Positions 53,770 to 56,582 of a stretch of 56,582 bases of DNA are shown here, in pieces (within the stretch, counting starts at the first letter, position 1; each line of letters starts with the position of its first letter). The position numbers and the translations under genes are program-made. The notes under the pieces are model-generated. The model was not told the DNA's origin, ran no database searches, and worked only from the letters and a program-made list of their open reading frames with translations. This DNA comes from Christensenellales bacterium (GTDB lineage: Bacteria > Bacillota > Clostridia > Christensenellales > UBA1242), in the NCBI GenBank assembly GCA_051889215.1, contig JBJFDC010000026.1, forward strand, positions 1 through 56,582, written 5' to 3'.

Positions 53770-55575
53770 ATGGAAAAAATTGAGCAAGCAAAAATAATCC
53801 TTGAAAAGAATTGTTCCGAGTCGGAAATCAGAAAAACAAATTCCGCAAGAGAATTATTGAATGAAACAAAACTTGACCAAAGCAGCATCATTGCCGCAAG
53901 TCTTTATATGCCATATTCAAACCAAACTCTATCAAAAGATCAAATTGTTGACGAGTTTGGCGAAGAAGTTTTTGGAATGCTTCATGGGCTTATTGAGTTG
54001 CGCAAAGTCCAATACAACAACGAACAGGAAGAGGCGGAAAATATAAGAAAAATGTATTTTGCTTTGGCAAAAGATTTTAGAATTATTTTTATCAAGCTTG
54101 CTTTTGTTGTTGCACAAATGAGAAACCAAGACCTCTATTCTTCGGACGAACTCAAAAATCTTGCAAAACTTAATCTTGATTTGTTTGCACCTCTTGCCGC
54201 CAGACTTGGACTTTCAAAAATAAAGAGCGAACTTGAAGATTGTTCATTCAAAATTCTGCACCCTCAAAAATACCGTGACATCGAAAGCGCTGTTGAAAAC
54301 AAATATATTCTTGCACAAAGCATGATTGAAAAAATAAAAGAAAACTTGCGCCAAATTCTCGACGAACTTGAAGTCCATGGCGAAATTATGGGGCGAAGGA
54401 AACACGCATATTCAATTTATAAAAAAATTATAAACAAACATGAAAATATTGATGACATCTATGACCTTGTCGCTCTTCGTGTCATTGTTGACACATTGCC
54501 AGAATGCTATGCGGTTTTGGGCAAAGTCCATCAACTTTTCACTCCAATTCGCGGCAGATTCAAAGACTATATTGCAACTCCAAAGTCAAATGGATATCAG
54601 TCGCTTCACACAACAATTTTGTTTGAGGGACTTCCAGTCGAAATTCAAATTAGAACTTTTGATATGCATAGGTCCGCCGAATATGGCTATGCGGCACACT
54701 GGATGTATAAAGAAAAACGAAACAAGCAAGATTCGCTTGATGAAAAATTGGGCTGGATTCGTCAGATTCTTGAAGAAAACGACAATTTCACGAGCAAAGA
54801 AATGATTGACAGTTTGAAAGTCGACATATATGATGGAGAAATTTTTGTTCAGACACCAAAAGGAAAAGTTGTTCACTTGCCGCAGGGCGCAACATGCATT
54901 GATTTCGCCTATGAAATTCACAGTGAGGTTGGAAATCACATGATTGGTGCTCAAATCAACGGCAAAATGCGACCAATCACGACAAAGCTCAATTCTGGCG
55001 ATGTCGTCAGCATCATAACTTCTCCAAAATGTTCTGGGCCAAGCCGTGACTGGCTCAAATATGTCAAGACAATTTCAGCAAGACACAAAATTCGCCAGTT
55101 TTTCAAAAAAGAAATGAAAGAAGAAAACATCAAAACTGGAAAGAGTATGCTCGAAATTGCTTGCAAGAATCAAAACATGAGTTTGGCTGAAATTGTTGAC
55201 ACTCAAGAGTTTGCTCGTCTTTTGGCAAGAGGCAGTTTTGCTGGAGTTGACGAACTCTATGCTTCAATCGGTGGCGGTTCAACAAATGCCTTGACAGTTG
55301 TTAATCATTTTCATCAAATCAAACTTCGACAACAAAAAATGCTCGAAAAGAAAAATCGCGTCTTGCAAGAAAACGATAGTCTTGAAAAGAAGATTGAGGT
55401 TGAAGGTGCGGACAACATACTCATCAAAATTGCCAACTGCTGTCAGCCGCAAGAAGGCGACGACATTGTGGGATATATTTCACAAGGAAGGGGACTCATC
55501 ATTCACAAATCAACTTGCGGACACGTCAAATATTATGATGAAAACCGCATCATGAGTGCAAAATGGAGAGATTGA
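53770..55575 (+). CDS. RelA/SpoT-homologue (p)ppGpp synthetase with degenerate hydrolase domain, TGS and zinc-finger domains, no ACT/RRM domain
   Basis: Synthetase blocks GRRKHAYSIYKK, LVALRVIV, DYIATPKSNGYQSLHT and EIQIRTFDMHRSAEYGYAAHWMYKE; TGS IFVQTPKGKVVHLPQGATCIDFAY; CCQPQEGDDIVGY...HKSTCGH. It ends about 15 aa later. Confidence 0.85.
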   Translation: MEKIEQAKIILEKNCSESEIRKTNSARELLNETKLDQSSIIAASLYMPYSNQTLSKDQIVDEFGEEVFGMLHGLIELRKVQYNNEQEEAENIRKMYFALAKDFRIIFIKLAFVVAQMRNQDLYSSDELKNLAKLNLDLFAPLAARLGLSKIKSELEDCSFKILHPQKYRDIESAVENKYILAQSMIEKIKENLRQILDELEVHGEIMGRRKHAYSIYKKIINKHENIDDIYDLVALRVIVDTLPECYAVLGKVHQLFTPIRGRFKDYIATPKSNGYQSLHTTILFEGLPVEIQIRTFDMHRSAEYGYAAHWMYKEKRNKQDSLDEKLGWIRQILEENDNFTSKEMIDSLKVDIYDGEIFVQTPKGKVVHLPQGATCIDFAYEIHSEVGNHMIGAQINGKMRPITTKLNSGDVVSIITSPKCSGPSRDWLKYVKTISARHKIRQFFKKEMKEENIKTGKSMLEIACKNQNMSLAEIVDTQEFARLLARGSFAGVDELYASIGGGSTNALTVVNHFHQIKLRQQKMLEKKNRVLQENDSLEKKIEVEGADNILIKIANCCQPQEGDDIVGYISQGRGLIIHKSTCGHVKYYDENRIMSAKWRD

Positions 55576-55651
55576 TATCCGTGTAAAATATTTCATAAAG
55601 ATATTTACTTTTTATTCCTTTTTTGTTATCATAAATATGTGTGAGGTGACT

Positions 55652-56035
55652 ATGGCAAACAAATATTTTGGACCAGATTGCAAAATTTTATGGAAAGACA
55701 GAAAGAGGATTTTTGGACTCCCCCTGACATTCACAAGATATGAAATCGTTGAAAAGCCAGGGCAATGGGTGAAACTCTTTAGTCATATTGGACTTTTGTC
55801 AACAGCAAGCGAAGAAACTCATTTCTATAGAATTGACGATTTGAGTGTTTATCAATCGCTTTTTGACAAAATGTTTGGTGTTGGAACAATAACAGTTTAT
55901 TGCGGAGATGCAAGCAACGACTCAATGATTTTGCAAAAAGTGAAAAACCCATACAAAGTTCGCGACATGATTTCATCTTTGGCTGAAAAACAAAGAAAAG
56001 AGAGAGGAATGAGATATTCGGAACTTCAAGGATAA
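55652..56035 (+). CDS. bacterial PH-domain (bPH_2-like) protein
   Basis: RBS GAGGTGA. About 127 aa containing FYRIDDLSVYQSLFDKMFGVGTITVY, typical of YdbS/YdbT-type PH domains. Confidence 0.55.
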   Translation: MANKYFGPDCKILWKDRKRIFGLPLTFTRYEIVEKPGQWVKLFSHIGLLSTASEETHFYRIDDLSVYQSLFDKMFGVGTITVYCGDASNDSMILQKVKNPYKVRDMISSLAEKQRKERGMRYSELQG

Positions 56036-56036
56036 T

Positions 56037-56069
56037 CAAAAAGCAATGCGATGAGCATTGCTTTTTTTT
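56037..56069. terminator. bidirectional terminator
   Basis: The stem AAAAGCAATGC/GCATTGCTTTT has loop GATGA. Confidence 0.75.
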
Positions 56070-56582
56070 AACACAAACTTTCAATTAAATTTTTGAGCAT
56101 ATCAAAAACTTTTTTTGCTTTGCGCTTGTTTTTGCTCTCAACCAAAAGTCTGATTTTTGGTTCTGTGCCACTTTTGCGAAGCAAAATTCTTCCTTCCTCA
56201 CCCAAAAAGTCTTCACACTCATCAACTTTTGTTTTGACCTCTTGCGAGTCAAGGATAATTTGTGCTCGTGTCGTTGTGAAGGACTCTTGGAATTGAGGAT
56301 AAAGCCGAAGTTTTGTCAAGTCGCTTAAAGATTTTTGTGACTTAAAAACCAAATATGAAATTAAAACTGAAATCAAAAGGCCATCACCGCTTCCGCAAAC
56401 ATCTTTTGTGATTATATGACCGCTTTGTTCGCCGCCGAGACTTGCACCGGTATGATTCATTTCGTCGATAACATATTTATCTCCCACAGGGGTGATGCTT
56501 GTTGAAATTCCCTCATCTTTTAGTTGCTGAATGAGGGCGAGATTTGACATGACAGTCGCCACGATGCAGTCATTTTTTAATT
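56068..56582 (-). CDS. glmM: phosphoglucosamine mutase, C-terminal part (continues beyond window end)
   Basis: GGEQSGH sugar-phosphate loop, GDGLL, and the RKSGTEPKIRL C-terminal domain. Confidence 0.88.
   Translation of the reverse strand, partial: LKNDCIVATVMSNLALIQQLKDEGISTSITPVGDKYVIDEMNHTGASLGGEQSGHIITKDVCGSGDGLLISVLISYLVFKSQKSLSDLTKLRLYPQFQESFTTTRAQIILDSQEVKTKVDECEDFLGEEGRILLRKSGTEPKIRLLVESKNKRKAKKVFDMLKNLIESLC

Overview
This 56.6-kb window is a chromosomal segment of a low-GC, apparently anaerobic Firmicutes/Bacilli-like genome. The lineage guess rests on rubrerythrin, Fe-ADH, radical-SAM genes and Bacillus-type synteny (walJ-htrC...rlmH and mrnC...rlmB-sigH); it is an inference. Most of the window is densely packed housekeeping, mainly on the + strand: four aminoacyl-tRNA synthetases (metG, glyQS, alaS, asnS), typA, dnaB, rlmH, rlmB, tadA, coaE, maf, cdd and glmM (partial). 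It also holds a glycerol module (three-gene FAD G3P-dehydrogenase-like set, glpK, lipase), ddh and a RelA-like synthetase. I found no CRISPR array, reverse transcriptase, transposase, recognisable defence operon or T-box leader. The non-ordinary parts are as follows. (1) At the left edge, the 3' part of a large serine recombinase has an ORF that runs antisense through tRNA-Ser(UGA) and its terminator; a 25-bp copy of an internal tRNA segment and a class-II-type Fic gene lie next to it. (2) A compact cluster of consensus DnaA boxes at 17.63-17.76 kb is not next to dnaA. (3) A 716-bp gene-free region surrounds tRNA-Ser(GCU). There a near-consensus promoter drives a 26-nt copy of the tRNA 5' end, then a ~200-nt spacer of about 53% G+C, then the intact tRNA, followed by a duplicated terminator module. 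This is my best candidate for an undescribed RNA element or integration scar, but I cannot classify it. (4) Several housekeeping proteins have atypical architecture: AlaRS without the C-Ala domain, RelA-like protein with a degenerate hydrolase domain and no ACT/RRM domain, and a YbiT-like ABC-F with a destroyed second Walker A. Many ORF-track starts were trimmed to the first start codon with an RBS or a sensible N-terminus. All protein calls rest on motifs I recognise by eye; no searches were run.
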